DNA of 64,000 nucleotides, from positions 1,681,544 through 1,745,543 of the forward strand of contig NW_003314269.1 of the NCBI RefSeq assembly GCF_000143415.4. Direction: 5' to 3'. This stretch comes from Selaginella moellendorffii. Lineage: Eukaryota; Plantae; Lycopodiophyta. The first letter of the stretch is position 1; each line of letters starts with the position of its first letter. The position numbers were made by a program, and so were the translations under genes. The notes under the pieces were generated by a model. That model ran no database searches. It saw nothing but the letters and a program-made list of their open reading frames with translations, and was not told the origin of the DNA. This document shows positions 1 through 10,566 of this stretch, piece after piece.

Positions 1-2
1 TG

Positions 3-251
3 ACGTATCCTCCTCCACAGCGGCCGCCGCCCATGACCCCGGGGGTGATCCGGCCGGGGATGGCGCCGTTTGGGCAGCGGCCGATGGCTCCTCCGCCGAT
101 GATGCGGCCCGGGGGTCCGCCGCCAGCCATGGGAGCGCCGCCGCGGCCCGGGATGCCGCCGCCCAATTTCGCTGGAGGTGCGCCGCCCAGGCCTGGAGGG
201 CCGCCGGTGTTCCCTGGGAGGCCGCCGGTTATGCAGCCTCCACCGCAGTGA
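3..251 (+). CDS. 3' end of a Pro/Gly/Met-rich protein, possibly the snRNP core protein SmB C-terminus (partial)
   Basis: Open frame from the window edge (TYPPPQRPPPMTPG...PPRPGMPPP...QPPPQ*). PPPMMR/PGMPPP repeats are typical of the SmB tail but not diagnostic. Confidence 0.45.
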   Translation, partial: TYPPPQRPPPMTPGVIRPGMAPFGQRPMAPPPMMRPGGPPPAMGAPPRPGMPPPNFAGGAPPRPGGPPVFPGRPPVMQPPPQ

Positions 252-524
252 GAGGAAGGATTGGACGTGGAATGGATTGGAGTGGCAGTGGCGATCACTT
301 GAGGATGATTGTAAGTTTTTTCTTGTTCTTCTCTTGGGCTGGACGGTGTTTGATGGTACTCTTGTTTAAGGCAGAGCTATGTAGCTAAAGAAAAAAGAAA
401 ATTCACTTCTCGACTAATGCAAGACTATAGCTTCAAGTAAGTTTCACTATTTTGTCACAAGTTATAACTTCTCTCTTTTCTTTCAGCGAGGAACAGCCGA
501 GTTACAGAGTTAAGTTCTTCTCGA

Positions 525-706
525 AGAGCTCCTTACTAGTGTATCAATGGATCGATGTTTTGTTTCTCTTGTTTCTCTTTACTACGACGCAGAGCTCCTC
601 TTGTTCTTCCTATCCTAATGTATCAATGGTTTCACTAAGTTCTTCTAGATCTCTGGAGTTCTCTAAGAGCTCCTCTTGTTCGTACTAATGTATCAATCGA
701 TCGATG
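525..706. repeat. Three degenerate copies of a ~35-bp motif (agagctcct...taatgtatcaat(g/c)gatcgatg) at ~70-bp spacing
   Basis: Copies start near 525, 591 and 665, between two convergent 3' ends. Confidence 0.7.
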
Positions 707-2846
707 CTTCGACCGGTGTTCCTGGAGTTAGATAACAAGATCTAACGCGCTCTAGAAGCCTGGCCTCTTCCTCCGCCATCCCGGCGCTCCCATAGACGTT
801 CGCCATCAACACGTACGCCGCTGGCCCGTCCGGATCAATCCCCAGCAGCGACTCAAACGCCACGCTCGCGACGTCCAAGTTCTTCCACTTGACGCAGGTG
901 CTCAGCACGGTCGTCCAAGTCACGGAGCTCGGCCTGTGCGGCATTGCCGCCACCTCCGCCAAGGCTTCCTCGAGCCGGTTCGCCCTCCCCAGCATGTCCA
1001 CCAGGCAGTGGTAGTGCTCGATGCCCGCCTCTATCCGGTAACTCTCCACCATAGCGGCGAAGGCCCGGCGTCCATGGTCGACCAGCCCGGCATGGCCGTA
1101 GGCCGCGAGAAGCGCCAGGAAAGTGATACCGTCGGGTTCCAGGCCTTGGTCCTTGATCGCCCACAAGAGATCCACCACAAGGCGGTAGCTCCCCTGACGG
1201 CTAAACCCCGCGGCCAGCGCGTTCCAGGTCACAACGTCGACGCTCGCCAGGGACTGGAAGACGAGCTCGGCGTCGGCCATCCTGCCAGACTTGCCGTAGA
1301 AGTCGACGAGCGCGTTGTGGACGAAGGCGTCAGTCTCCAGCCCGGCCTTGCAGAGTCGCCAGTGGATGTCTCGCGCGGCTCCCAGAGACGCGAGCCCGGC
1401 ACAGGCCGCGAGGGCCGAGGCGTACGAGGCTGGATCCGGCGAGCAGCCTCGGCGGTCCATCTCGAGGAAGAGCTGCAGCGCTCGCTCGTCCAGGCCGTTG
1501 TCCAGGTGCCCCGCTATCAAGGCGTTCCACGAGACGAGATCATGCTCCGCCATCCTGTCGAAAGCTCTCGTCGCGTCCTGGAGGCTGCCGCACTTGGAGT
1601 AGAAATCCACCAGCGTGTTCCCCACGAACATGTCCGTGACGTCGTATCGTTCCTTGGCGGCCTGCGAGTGGAGCTCCATTCCTCTCTCCAGGCTCGCAAG
1701 CTTGATCGCCATCCTTGTACCATCCGGGAGTATTTCCAACCGAGCTTCTTCTTTGGCTGCCAAGTTGGTGCACGCCATCAGTCCCGCCACGAAAGTTCTT
1801 GCATTGGGCTCGCAGCCCCGTGCTCTCATCGATCCAAGGAGCTCGAGGGCAGTCTCCGCTCGATCGCCCTCCACCGCTCCGAGCATCAGTGCCGTGAACG
1901 AGACAACGTCGTGGCGTGGCATCCGATCGAAGACGCGGCGAGCATCCAGCAAGCTCCCGGATTTGGAGTAGGCATCCACCAGCGTGTTGCTCAGGCACAC
2001 GTCGAAGTTCTTCCCGGAGGTAGCGGCCTGGGAGTGGATCTCCATCACCTTTCGCAAGCTCTCGAGCTTCACCACCATCGCTGGATGAGCTTCTGGCACT
2101 AGGATTCTTTTGCCAGTTTCTTTCCCAGCGACGATCGAGCATGCCGTGAGAGCAGCAGTGAAGCACAGGCGATCCGGAGCACAGCCTTGCGATCTCATCC
2201 GCGAGAAGAGCTCGAGAACAAGCTCCCCCTCGCCGGCGGCCGCGTAGCCGAGCATCAGTGACGTCCATGCCACCACGTCTCGGTGTGGCATTCGATCGAA
2301 AGCCTTGGCAGCGTCGGCCATGCTTCCAAACTTCGCGTACATGTCCACCAGCGTGTTCCCGACAAATCTATCCGTGTCGAAGCCGCGCTGGGCCGCCTGC
2401 TCGTGAACCCATCGCCCCTTCTCGATCGCCATGGGTCGGTCCACCGCTGCCATGCTCGAGCACGCCAGGATCACCGCTACAAACGTCCTGGCGTTTGGAT
2501 CACAGCCACTGCGCCGCATTGCATAGAAGAGATCGAGCGCCACATGGCCGCGGCCATTGTCGGCGTAGCCAAGGATGAGCGCTGTCCAGCTGACCACGTC
2601 GTGGGAGCGCATCGCCTGGAAGATCGCGTGAGCGCTGCCCATGGCGCCGCATTTGGCGTACATGTGGAGGAGCGCTGTGGCGACGAGAGTGTTCGAGGCA
2701 TAGCCGGAGTCGAGCGCGCGAGAGTGGAGGATCTTCCCTCGCTCCAAGTCCCTGGAGCTGCCGCAGGATTTCAATGCGCTGAGCAGCGAGGAGAGGGATA
2801 CCTTCCCGGCGCCTGGCGACGCCATCGCCTGGCTGGATCGTAGCAT
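693..2846 (-). CDS. PLS-class PPR protein with E domain, no DYW (717 aa)
   Basis: Intronless ORF with P-L-S triplets (DVVSWTALILGYA / TFVAVILACS / FVGNTLVDMYAKFG) and an E region (HYHCLVDMLGRANRLEEA...YVLMANVY). Confidence 0.95.
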   Translation of the reverse strand: MLRSSQAMASPGAGKVSLSSLLSALKSCGSSRDLERGKILHSRALDSGYASNTLVATALLHMYAKCGAMGSAHAIFQAMRSHDVVSWTALILGYADNGRGHVALDLFYAMRRSGCDPNARTFVAVILACSSMAAVDRPMAIEKGRWVHEQAAQRGFDTDRFVGNTLVDMYAKFGSMADAAKAFDRMPHRDVVAWTSLMLGYAAAGEGELVLELFSRMRSQGCAPDRLCFTAALTACSIVAGKETGKRILVPEAHPAMVVKLESLRKVMEIHSQAATSGKNFDVCLSNTLVDAYSKSGSLLDARRVFDRMPRHDVVSFTALMLGAVEGDRAETALELLGSMRARGCEPNARTFVAGLMACTNLAAKEEARLEILPDGTRMAIKLASLERGMELHSQAAKERYDVTDMFVGNTLVDFYSKCGSLQDATRAFDRMAEHDLVSWNALIAGHLDNGLDERALQLFLEMDRRGCSPDPASYASALAACAGLASLGAARDIHWRLCKAGLETDAFVHNALVDFYGKSGRMADAELVFQSLASVDVVTWNALAAGFSRQGSYRLVVDLLWAIKDQGLEPDGITFLALLAAYGHAGLVDHGRRAFAAMVESYRIEAGIEHYHCLVDMLGRANRLEEALAEVAAMPHRPSSVTWTTVLSTCVKWKNLDVASVAFESLLGIDPDGPAAYVLMANVYGSAGMAEEEARLLERVRSCYLTPGTPVEASID

Positions 2847-3032
2847 TCTCCATCGCCAAAAGCCCTAGCCCAGAGTTCCCGCCTTTGCGAAGAACCCTAA
2901 GTTACGAAGCTATGCATTTGCAATATCGCCCCCTTGTGTCGTCTTCGCTCGCATCGCGCCATGAATCCCAAGGCTTGACAGCGAGTCCTCTTGCCCTGGA
3001 TGATTCTCACGCTTCAAGGGATCAATCTCGCC

Positions 3033-4529
3033 ATGGATCGGCTGGTGGTCGTCGATCCCACAGAGGTAAGGCTCCATCTCGAGGACCACATCGATGGATC
3101 TTCGTCCCACACGGCCACTGTCCACCTCCACAGCGTCCTCCACACCATGCCCGTGGCATTCAAGATCCAGCCCATGGTCGCCAGCAAATACAGCGTCAAG
3201 CCCTCGCTGGGGATGATCCCGCCGCTGGGAGGCGTCAATCTGGAAATCTCGCTCCTCCCTAGCTCCTCCTCGTCGCGGTTCTTCAGCGTGGATGGATTCG
3301 AGGTGAAATCCGTGGTGGTCGCCGGCGCTGGGAAATCCAAGGAGTGGTTCACACCCCAGAAGCGCGTCGTCTACACCGATATCAGCCTCAAGGTCCGGAT
3401 TATCGGCGGGATCGTGCTGCGCGATGCGATAATCCGCGGCGCCATGGACGACGCCCGCCAGGTTCTTGAGAGCGGCACGAATCCGGATACCTGGAACACG
3501 CAGGGATTGACGGCGCTCCACCTCGCGATCCAGAGCCGGCGCCCCGACATGGTCCAGCTCCTGCTGGGATTCGGCGCTCGCGTGGATTCCAAGACGATGA
3601 ACGCCGACGGCCACACCCCGCTCCACTGCGCGGCGATGGTCGGCCACACCGTAATATTGGAGATGCTGCTCGCGCGCGGCGCCGATCCGGAGCGCGCGGA
3701 TTCCAGCGGCTGGCGCCCGATCCATCACGCCGCGAGCAGTGGATCCCTGGAGCCGCTAGGGGTGCTGAGCAAGATCTGCGACGTGAATGCCCCAATCGGC
3801 GACGGGAGAACAGCGCTGCATCTAGCGGCGATCGGCGGCAACGCCGATAGCGTCCAGATCCTGGCACAGAGCGGCGCCGATGTGAGCGCTAGAACGGTGG
3901 ACGGGAAGACGGCGCTCCACCTCGCGGCGACGCAGGGCAACAACGTCGCCATAGCCAAGCTCCTCATCAAATGTGGCGCCGATCGGGGAGCCGTCGATTG
4001 GAATGGACGGACGGCCTACGATGAGGCCGTTGAGTTAGGGCAGGAAAGTTTGTTTGCCCTACTCCAGGTTCCAGAGAATGTGGCCTCGCCGGCGCCGCTA
4101 GGGGATGATCTCGAAGAGCTCCTCCGCAACGCCGCCTGGTCGGGCGATTTGCGGGGCGTGAGGAGATGTCTCAAGCGTGGCGCCGCTGTGAATGCTTGCG
4201 ATCGGTATGGATGGACTGCTCTCCACTGCGCGGCATTCAAAGGCCATGCTGAGATCGTCAAGCGGCTGCTGGAGAGCTGCCAGAGCAAGGAGGAGGCGTG
4301 CGCGATCGATGAGCAGGGTTACAGTGCGCTGCATTGCGCGGTGGAATCCGGGCACCGGGAAGTGGTGAAGATCTTGGTAGGCTGCGAGATGATCGAGATC
4401 AATGGTGTGACGCGGGAGGGATTGAGCGCGCTGGATATGGCGCTGGCGCTGGAGCACGGCGGGATGGTGCGCACGCTCGTCAATGCTGGGGCTCGGGCCT
4501 GTGTGGCCAATTTGATAATCGATGAGTGA
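3033..4529 (+). CDS. VPY: VAPYRIN (MSP/VAP domain plus ankyrin repeats)
   Basis: First ATG gives MDRLVVVDP...TMPVAFKIQP...YSVKPSLGMIPPL, then WFTPQKRVVYTD...GAMDDARQVLE, followed by multiple G(R/W/H)T(A/P)LH ankyrin repeats. Confidence 0.88.
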   Translation: MDRLVVVDPTEVRLHLEDHIDGSSSHTATVHLHSVLHTMPVAFKIQPMVASKYSVKPSLGMIPPLGGVNLEISLLPSSSSSRFFSVDGFEVKSVVVAGAGKSKEWFTPQKRVVYTDISLKVRIIGGIVLRDAIIRGAMDDARQVLESGTNPDTWNTQGLTALHLAIQSRRPDMVQLLLGFGARVDSKTMNADGHTPLHCAAMVGHTVILEMLLARGADPERADSSGWRPIHHAASSGSLEPLGVLSKICDVNAPIGDGRTALHLAAIGGNADSVQILAQSGADVSARTVDGKTALHLAATQGNNVAIAKLLIKCGADRGAVDWNGRTAYDEAVELGQESLFALLQVPENVASPAPLGDDLEELLRNAAWSGDLRGVRRCLKRGAAVNACDRYGWTALHCAAFKGHAEIVKRLLESCQSKEEACAIDEQGYSALHCAVESGHREVVKILVGCEMIEINGVTREGLSALDMALALEHGGMVRTLVNAGARACVANLIIDE

Positions 4530-4639
4530 CATGGGCTTCGATTGATCGATCTTGTTTTGATAATTGATTGGTAAGAGTGTTTCCAATGAAACGAACTCCA
4601 GAGAACTCGTCGATCAGTGAGAAATTCGAGCGAGCGCCC

Positions 4640-6943
4640 TCAAGAACAATCGAATGCTTCCAGCGGGTCGTGATCATCAATCTTGGAAACCAGCTCCCCG
4701 CGGCTAGCGATTCCACTCGCGAATGCGTTGGAGAGCAAGACGTAGGACGATCCACTCCTGGGCGCCAGGCGCGAGACCATCTCCGCGGCTCGCAAGCTCC
4801 CCTGTGTGTCACTGTGCTGCTTACACGCCGTCAGCAAGGCCGTCCACGCCACCGCGTCCGGGACGAAAGGCATGGTATCGATCAGCTCCCGCGCTTGATC
4901 CAGCAGCTTGAGACGCCCCAGCATGTCCACCACGCTCGAGTAGTGCTCCCGGTTCGGATCGTGGAAGAAATCCCCGACCATCCTCCGGAAGAACTCTCCC
5001 CCCCTGGAGAGCTCCCCGAGATGGCTGCAACCCGCGAGGATCGAGAGGAAAGTCACGTCGTCGGGAGAGATCCCTGCCAGGAGCATGTAGCTCAGGAGCT
5101 CCAGCCCCTGCTCGAGGTAGCCATTGTGAGCGCACGCCGCGATCGCCACTGTCCAGGAGACCTCGTCGTGCTCGGGCATGGCGGAGAAGATCGCGCGGGC
5201 CTCGCGGACGTGACCATTGCGAGCGTAGGACACCACCATGCAGTTCCAGGCGATCACGTCCCTCTGCGGCATTCGATCGAAGAAGCTCTTGGCGGAGGCG
5301 GTATGCCCCGACTGGGCATAGCCGCCCAGCATCGTCGACCAGGAGGCGAGCGTCCTCTCGGGCATCCGGTCGAAGAGCGATCGCGTCTCGGGCATCCGAT
5401 CGGCGCCGGCGAAGGAGGCCATCACCGTGTTGCAGCACACGGCATTGGTGGCGGGCATCCGATCGAAGACGCGCTTGGCCTCCGCGAGCTGCTGGTTCTG
5501 GAGGTAGCCGGCAACGAGCGCCGCCCAGGAGATCACGTCCTTCTGCGGCATCGTGTCGAAGACAGCCTTGGCTCTATCGAGCTGCCCGTCGCTGGCGTTC
5601 GCGGAGAGCATCGAGGTGGAGCACTGGAGGTCGATGGCTTGATCCGGGATGGCGGCGAATTCCCTCCTGGCGGCGTCGATCTCGCCCGCCACCGTGCACG
5701 CCACGATCACGTTCGTCCAGGAGATGAGATTCCACATTGGCATCCTCTCAAACAGCCCCCGGGACTGCTTGATCCGGCCGCTCGCCGAGTAGCCCGTGAT
5801 CATCACGTTCCAGGAGACGACGTTCCTCTGCGGCGCCCTGTCGAAGATCTCCTTCGCTTGATCCATGCTGGGCTGCCCCTCCTGGGCATACGACTGGATC
5901 ATCGTCGCCCAGGATACCACGTCGCGCTGGGGCATTCGATCGAAGGCCGCTCTCGCGAGGAAGATCTGGCTGGTCTGCGCGTAGGCCGTGATGATCGCGT
6001 TCCAAGACACGAAGTCGTGCTCGGGCGCTCGATCGAAGCGCTCCTTGGCGTCCTCCACCAGGAGATTGTCCGCGAACGCCTGGATCATCACGTTCCAAGA
6101 GACGATGTTCAAGGCTGGCATCTTGGAGAGGAGAGCTCGCGCTTCCTCCAATCGCCCGCTCTGGCTATATGTTGCTACCATCGCCGTCCATGACACCACC
6201 TCTCGCTGGGGCATCGAATCGAACACCTTCTTGGCGAGCGCTTCATCCTGGCCCTGCGCGCATCCGTCGATGATCGCGTTCCAGGAGACGAAGTTCCTGG
6301 CCGGCATCCGGAAAAACATCGCCTGCGCTACCTGGAGATTCCCATTCTGGGCATATGCGGTGATCATCGCGTTCCAGGCGACCAGATCTCTCTCCGGCAT
6401 CGTCAAGAACATCGCTCTGGCGTCCTCGGGCTTGCCACGCTTCGCCAGCGCCACAAGAATCGCCGTGGATGTGACGACGGTCCAGCGCGGGAGGAGATCG
6501 AAAACGTGCCTTGCGTGCTCAAGATCCCCGATCTTGACAAATGCGCCGATGAGGCAACTCCACGCCACGGAATCTCTGCCGCCGGGGATGCGATCGAAGA
6601 GATTCTTGGCGTCCCAGGGCCTGCCGTTGTGCGCGTAGACGGTGAGCATCGTGATCCAGGAGAACCTGTTCTTGCTGTGATCGTCCATGCCGTCGAAGAT
6701 CTCCCGCGCCTCGCGGACGCTGCCGCATTCGCCATACATGTGGAGCAGCGCATTGCATAGGAAGACGTCGGTGGAGAGGCCATGGCTCCAGATCTGGGCG
6801 TGCACGCGCCGCCCGCGCGAAATATCCCTGGAAGCGGTGCAAGAACGCACTAGCTGGACGAATTCTTGCTCCTGCCGCAATGCGATCGAGCTCTTGCTCC
6901 TGGTGGCGATCAATCGGCAGGACAAGCGCTGGCATTGCCGCAT
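4640..6943 (-). CDS. PLS-class PPR protein rich in 31-aa S-type motifs, E domain, no DYW (767 aa)
   Basis: Intronless ORF with a long run of (F)DRMPxR(D/N)VVSW motifs and an E domain (HYSSVVDMLGRLKLL...YVLLSNAF). Confidence 0.95.
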   Translation of the reverse strand: MRQCQRLSCRLIATRSKSSIALRQEQEFVQLVRSCTASRDISRGRRVHAQIWSHGLSTDVFLCNALLHMYGECGSVREAREIFDGMDDHSKNRFSWITMLTVYAHNGRPWDAKNLFDRIPGGRDSVAWSCLIGAFVKIGDLEHARHVFDLLPRWTVVTSTAILVALAKRGKPEDARAMFLTMPERDLVAWNAMITAYAQNGNLQVAQAMFFRMPARNFVSWNAIIDGCAQGQDEALAKKVFDSMPQREVVSWTAMVATYSQSGRLEEARALLSKMPALNIVSWNVMIQAFADNLLVEDAKERFDRAPEHDFVSWNAIITAYAQTSQIFLARAAFDRMPQRDVVSWATMIQSYAQEGQPSMDQAKEIFDRAPQRNVVSWNVMITGYSASGRIKQSRGLFERMPMWNLISWTNVIVACTVAGEIDAARREFAAIPDQAIDLQCSTSMLSANASDGQLDRAKAVFDTMPQKDVISWAALVAGYLQNQQLAEAKRVFDRMPATNAVCCNTVMASFAGADRMPETRSLFDRMPERTLASWSTMLGGYAQSGHTASAKSFFDRMPQRDVIAWNCMVVSYARNGHVREARAIFSAMPEHDEVSWTVAIAACAHNGYLEQGLELLSYMLLAGISPDDVTFLSILAGCSHLGELSRGGEFFRRMVGDFFHDPNREHYSSVVDMLGRLKLLDQARELIDTMPFVPDAVAWTALLTACKQHSDTQGSLRAAEMVSRLAPRSGSSYVLLSNAFASGIASRGELVSKIDDHDPLEAFDCS

Positions 6944-7002
6944 ACACTAGCCCAAAATCCTCTTACCTCTCGCTAGGGTTCTTCATTTTTAACGTTTGGC
7001 TT

Positions 7003-8252
7003 TGGAGGAAATTTGGCGAGGGACGACTTCCGGGAGATGAAAGCTCGAAGTAAGCCTTCTGGCAGGTTTCTCCAGGGATTCTGCGGCCATAACCAGCATT
7101 TGAGCGATGGAATAGCCACTGGCGGTGTCGAGCATCTTAAGGTGAGGATTTTCGTGTTCTAGAGTAGCTTTTCTTTGATTGTTTTTTCTTAACTTGTTCT
7201 TCGTTATAGAGAGAGTATCATGTTGCCGATATTAAGGATCTCACTGCAGGTTCCTATACGCGTGAAAGGCTCAACCGAGAAACCTCCTCTCGCTTCTCTG
7301 GAATCCGAAATCTCTGTGGTATCATATTTTCTTCGTGTACTTTCTTTTTGTTTTGTAACAGTTATCGTACTCAACCACTGTCTGGAGAAGCTTCGAACCA
7401 TTGGTATTTGTTTTTATAGAGAAAGATACACTTCTTTTATTCCTGTTTCTATGCAGCGAGGTGAACTTTGTAGAACCAGACTACCAAAAATATCCACGCT
7501 TTAGAGATGCATCAAAACACAGTCGGACAGTACTGCTCTAGCCATAGACTTTTGGTGGGCGTCTACACAATCTTGCGCATATTACTTGCGGAGGATTTTA
7601 ATGAGGTAAGCAAATGCTGCTCTTGACTTTTTCACAGTTTCTCTTTTGTTTTCCAGTCTTTTGGACGCCGAAAAGGTCAACACGCAACAATTGTCGATGC
7701 AATTTACTTATATTGTTCTACAGAGATCGATGCTTGGATGGAATCGTCACGTGGATGTAGAAGGTGATCTTGATGACGTACAAGGAATACAAGATCTTAC
7801 CGTGAACAGTTTGAGTCCACTAGAAACAAAACAACTTCACGTCATACTATCCTGCGTAGCGGTCGCAGTGAACAATGGCAATTGTGAGGACGATCCTGTC
7901 GCAAGTGTGTTTCTAAATACGAGCCCTCGAAGCCTTCGTCGAATCTTTCTTACCATGGTGGTAAGTGCAGGCACTGTATGCTATGTTTGTCACTAACAAT
8001 TCGTGCATTTTCAGACTACATTTCCTCGTTCACTACAAGCACTCGTATTGCATGCTCTCATTCCTGTCGCTGCAGAACGTTTGAACTCGATTCCTTCTGA
8101 AGCATCACAGTATGGTGTTGATTTAACGTTGTTGCGGCTTTGGTTTTTCACAGAGCAGAGTTCTACAAGCGCTCCTCGATAGGAAGCGCGTCAAAGGTAA
8201 AGATTCTGAAGCTATTTCGATGCTGTTAAACGGTGGTTTTGTCTCCAGTGTC
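7003..8252 (+). pseudogene. Deletion-riddled copy of the JmjC (JMJ31-like) gene
   Basis: Matches 11443-13350, but the start ATG reads TTG. The HYD exon and the PEGWFHQ segment are deleted. Confidence 0.88.
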
Positions 8253-9110
8253 ATGCAAGGCGGCCACTCCATCCGGGGCTTTGTCATTTCGACAAGCCAT
8301 TATCGCGGCCCCCACGCTATGGAAGAAAGCACTTTTTGTGATCCACAGAAGCTGGCTTACATTCTCTGAACTGTGTTTGGCACAAACTGACCAATTGAAC
8401 TTTAGGTAGCGGTGCATGCGATTGGCGATGCAGCAAACGACGACGTACTTGCAATTTACGCTGATGCTATTTCTAAACATCCCCATCAAGGACATCGATT
8501 GAGAGTAACGATGAACAAATCTACGTTTGTATCGCTTGACTCGTGGGATTGCAGGTAGAGCATGCACAACACCTTTCGCCTGGACCACACCCCAAATTTG
8601 GGAAGTTCATATCTGTGTCGATGCAAGTAAGCAGATGAATGCATGATGCCTCCATTGCCCTGGATTTTTGCACAGCCAGAGCAACTTTTAGATGATGCTT
8701 ACTACGCTGTGAAGAAACTTGGCGAGAAGCGCTCGCGCGGCGAGAAGCGCTCGCGCGGATCTTATAACTTCCGCTCCCTCCTCGGAAATGGTAGCGTGAT
8801 TGCTCTAGGATCCCACTGAAGTCTGTCAAGTACTTTTTCTTCGGCATTACGTGAATGGTTTTGTCTCAAGGTGGTAGCAGCGAATCGACTTGAAGGGATC
8901 CGCACACTTGTGGAGAGAACACCTTCAGGCTGGAGTCATCCCTGGATTCCCGAGGAAAGGATTTCGGCTTGGGACGCAGTGGCAGGGTAAGAGAAAAATG
9001 ATGAGAAACTGAAATGTAGTCCTTGTTTTTGAATTCACAGGTACACATCCTCGGCAGTTTTTCCTCGAGTAGTTTCTACTTTCGTTGGTGGAAATGCATT
9101 CCTTTCTTAA
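8253..9110 (+). pseudogene. 3' remnant of the LAF3-type amidohydrolase gene
   Basis: Matches 15100-15905 (VAVHAIGDAAND, EHAQHL). The 5' half is missing, there are frameshifting deletions, and there is an 18-bp tandem duplication at ~8722-8758. Confidence 0.87.
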
Positions 9111-9237
9111 GCGTTATACTATTTGAGAAAACACAGCGCATCGTCGCCGTCGATCAAACGCCATCTCAGCCATGTAGTTAAATTCGGTAGAAGAAGCTAG
9201 GGTTTTTTGTCTTAAGCTTGTGAAAGAGAGAAGAACG

Positions 9238-10173
9238 ATGGCAGTGGTGAGTGAGTTTAGGGAGGAAGATTGTGAAAAGCTTCTTAGCATTCATATGTTG
9301 GGGCAGCGAGGTTTCAAGAAAGGTAGGACGCTGGGGTGTGGCGGCCAGGGGCATGTATTCGTGCTCCAGAATCTGGACGGTCACAAGTCATATGCAGCCA
9401 AGGCATTTCGATCAGGGAGCGACGCTGAGAGAGAAGTTGGGATCATGGCCAAGCTCCGGGGCTGCCCTGGAGTTGTCTCCTTCAGAGATTTCATCAAGGA
9501 GAGAGATGGAGGACAGTGTTTTGGGAGTATTATTATGGAACTATGTGGATCTAGTCTTGCTGATCGCTTGCGCGTTTCCGGGCAGATGAGCGAAGAAGAA
9601 GCAGCTCAGATTATCAAGCAGCTGGCAGAGACCCTCAAGGAGATGCATTCGAGAGGCATAGTTCACCGGGATCTCAAGCCGGGCAACATCCTTTTCAAGC
9701 TAGACGCGCGCGACAAAGTGGTGATTAGTGACTTTGGTTTGGCCACAGACGACCCTGAGGAGATGTCGCAGTACTGTGGCACGGGGAAGTACATGGCACC
9801 CGAGGTGGCAGAGAACAAGGATGGGAGCTTCTACACAGCAGCTATCGACGTGTGGGGGCTTGGAGCGATTTTATACGAGATGCTGGGAAAGAGAGGATAT
9901 CAGCCGAGTGAAGCATTTGATCGTGTGCGACAGGGGGCATCCCCGGTTGGTCCTTTCTCGTTTGTAGCGGAGGATCTCCTTGAGAAGATGCTGGCTGTGG
10001 ATCCGAAACAAAGGCTGACAGTCGATCAGGTTCTACAACACCCATGGATTGTCAAGCTTTGCAGAAGCAGCAGCAGTAGGATCTACAGGACGTGGAGGAG
10101 GCCCTGTGGTGCGAAAAGGAGTGCTCCTGGCCTCGACAAGGACTTGGTCGTGAAGAAAGTTCGAGCGGCTTAA
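9238..10173 (+). CDS. Intronless Ser/Thr protein kinase (CAMK-group-like)
   Basis: LGCGGQGHV, YAAK, HRDLKPGN, DFG, CGTGKYMAPE, DVWGLG, QHPW motifs. Confidence 0.92.
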   Translation: MAVVSEFREEDCEKLLSIHMLGQRGFKKGRTLGCGGQGHVFVLQNLDGHKSYAAKAFRSGSDAEREVGIMAKLRGCPGVVSFRDFIKERDGGQCFGSIIMELCGSSLADRLRVSGQMSEEEAAQIIKQLAETLKEMHSRGIVHRDLKPGNILFKLDARDKVVISDFGLATDDPEEMSQYCGTGKYMAPEVAENKDGSFYTAAIDVWGLGAILYEMLGKRGYQPSEAFDRVRQGASPVGPFSFVAEDLLEKMLAVDPKQRLTVDQVLQHPWIVKLCRSSSSRIYRTWRRPCGAKRSAPGLDKDLVVKKVRAA

Positions 10174-10566
10174 AAGTGGCAGCAGTCAGTCCGGTAAGCA
10201 CACTTGCCATTTCCTCTTTCTCCTATTCGCAGTTACTAACTTCATTTGCTTGGGTTCGTTTTTGTATCCTCCGGACATCATCGACATCTCTCGTGTCTCT
10301 GTGTGGAAATACCTTTTTGGTGGCTGCCGAGAACAATCATGGAACAAAAACGAGATCCAAGCAAATGCCGAGATAGATGCAAACGAGATAGCTGTTACAC
10401 ACAAAACTATGCCGCTCTTCTTTAAGAAACAAGGGAAGTCTTCCCTCAAGAAAGAATTGAAAAAAAGTCTATCCATATATAAATCGAGATTGGCTAACTA
10501 ATCTAATAATCTAACAATTTCTTGAAATCATTGCATATCTTGAGATCATTCGGGAAGGAAGAGTCC

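Noticed and set aside
853-6950. Long overlapping or antisense ORFs (936-2102, 2910-3728, 4568-6193 and others)
   Set aside because: Shadow ORFs caused by high-GC codon usage of the PPR and VAPYRIN genes; no motifs.
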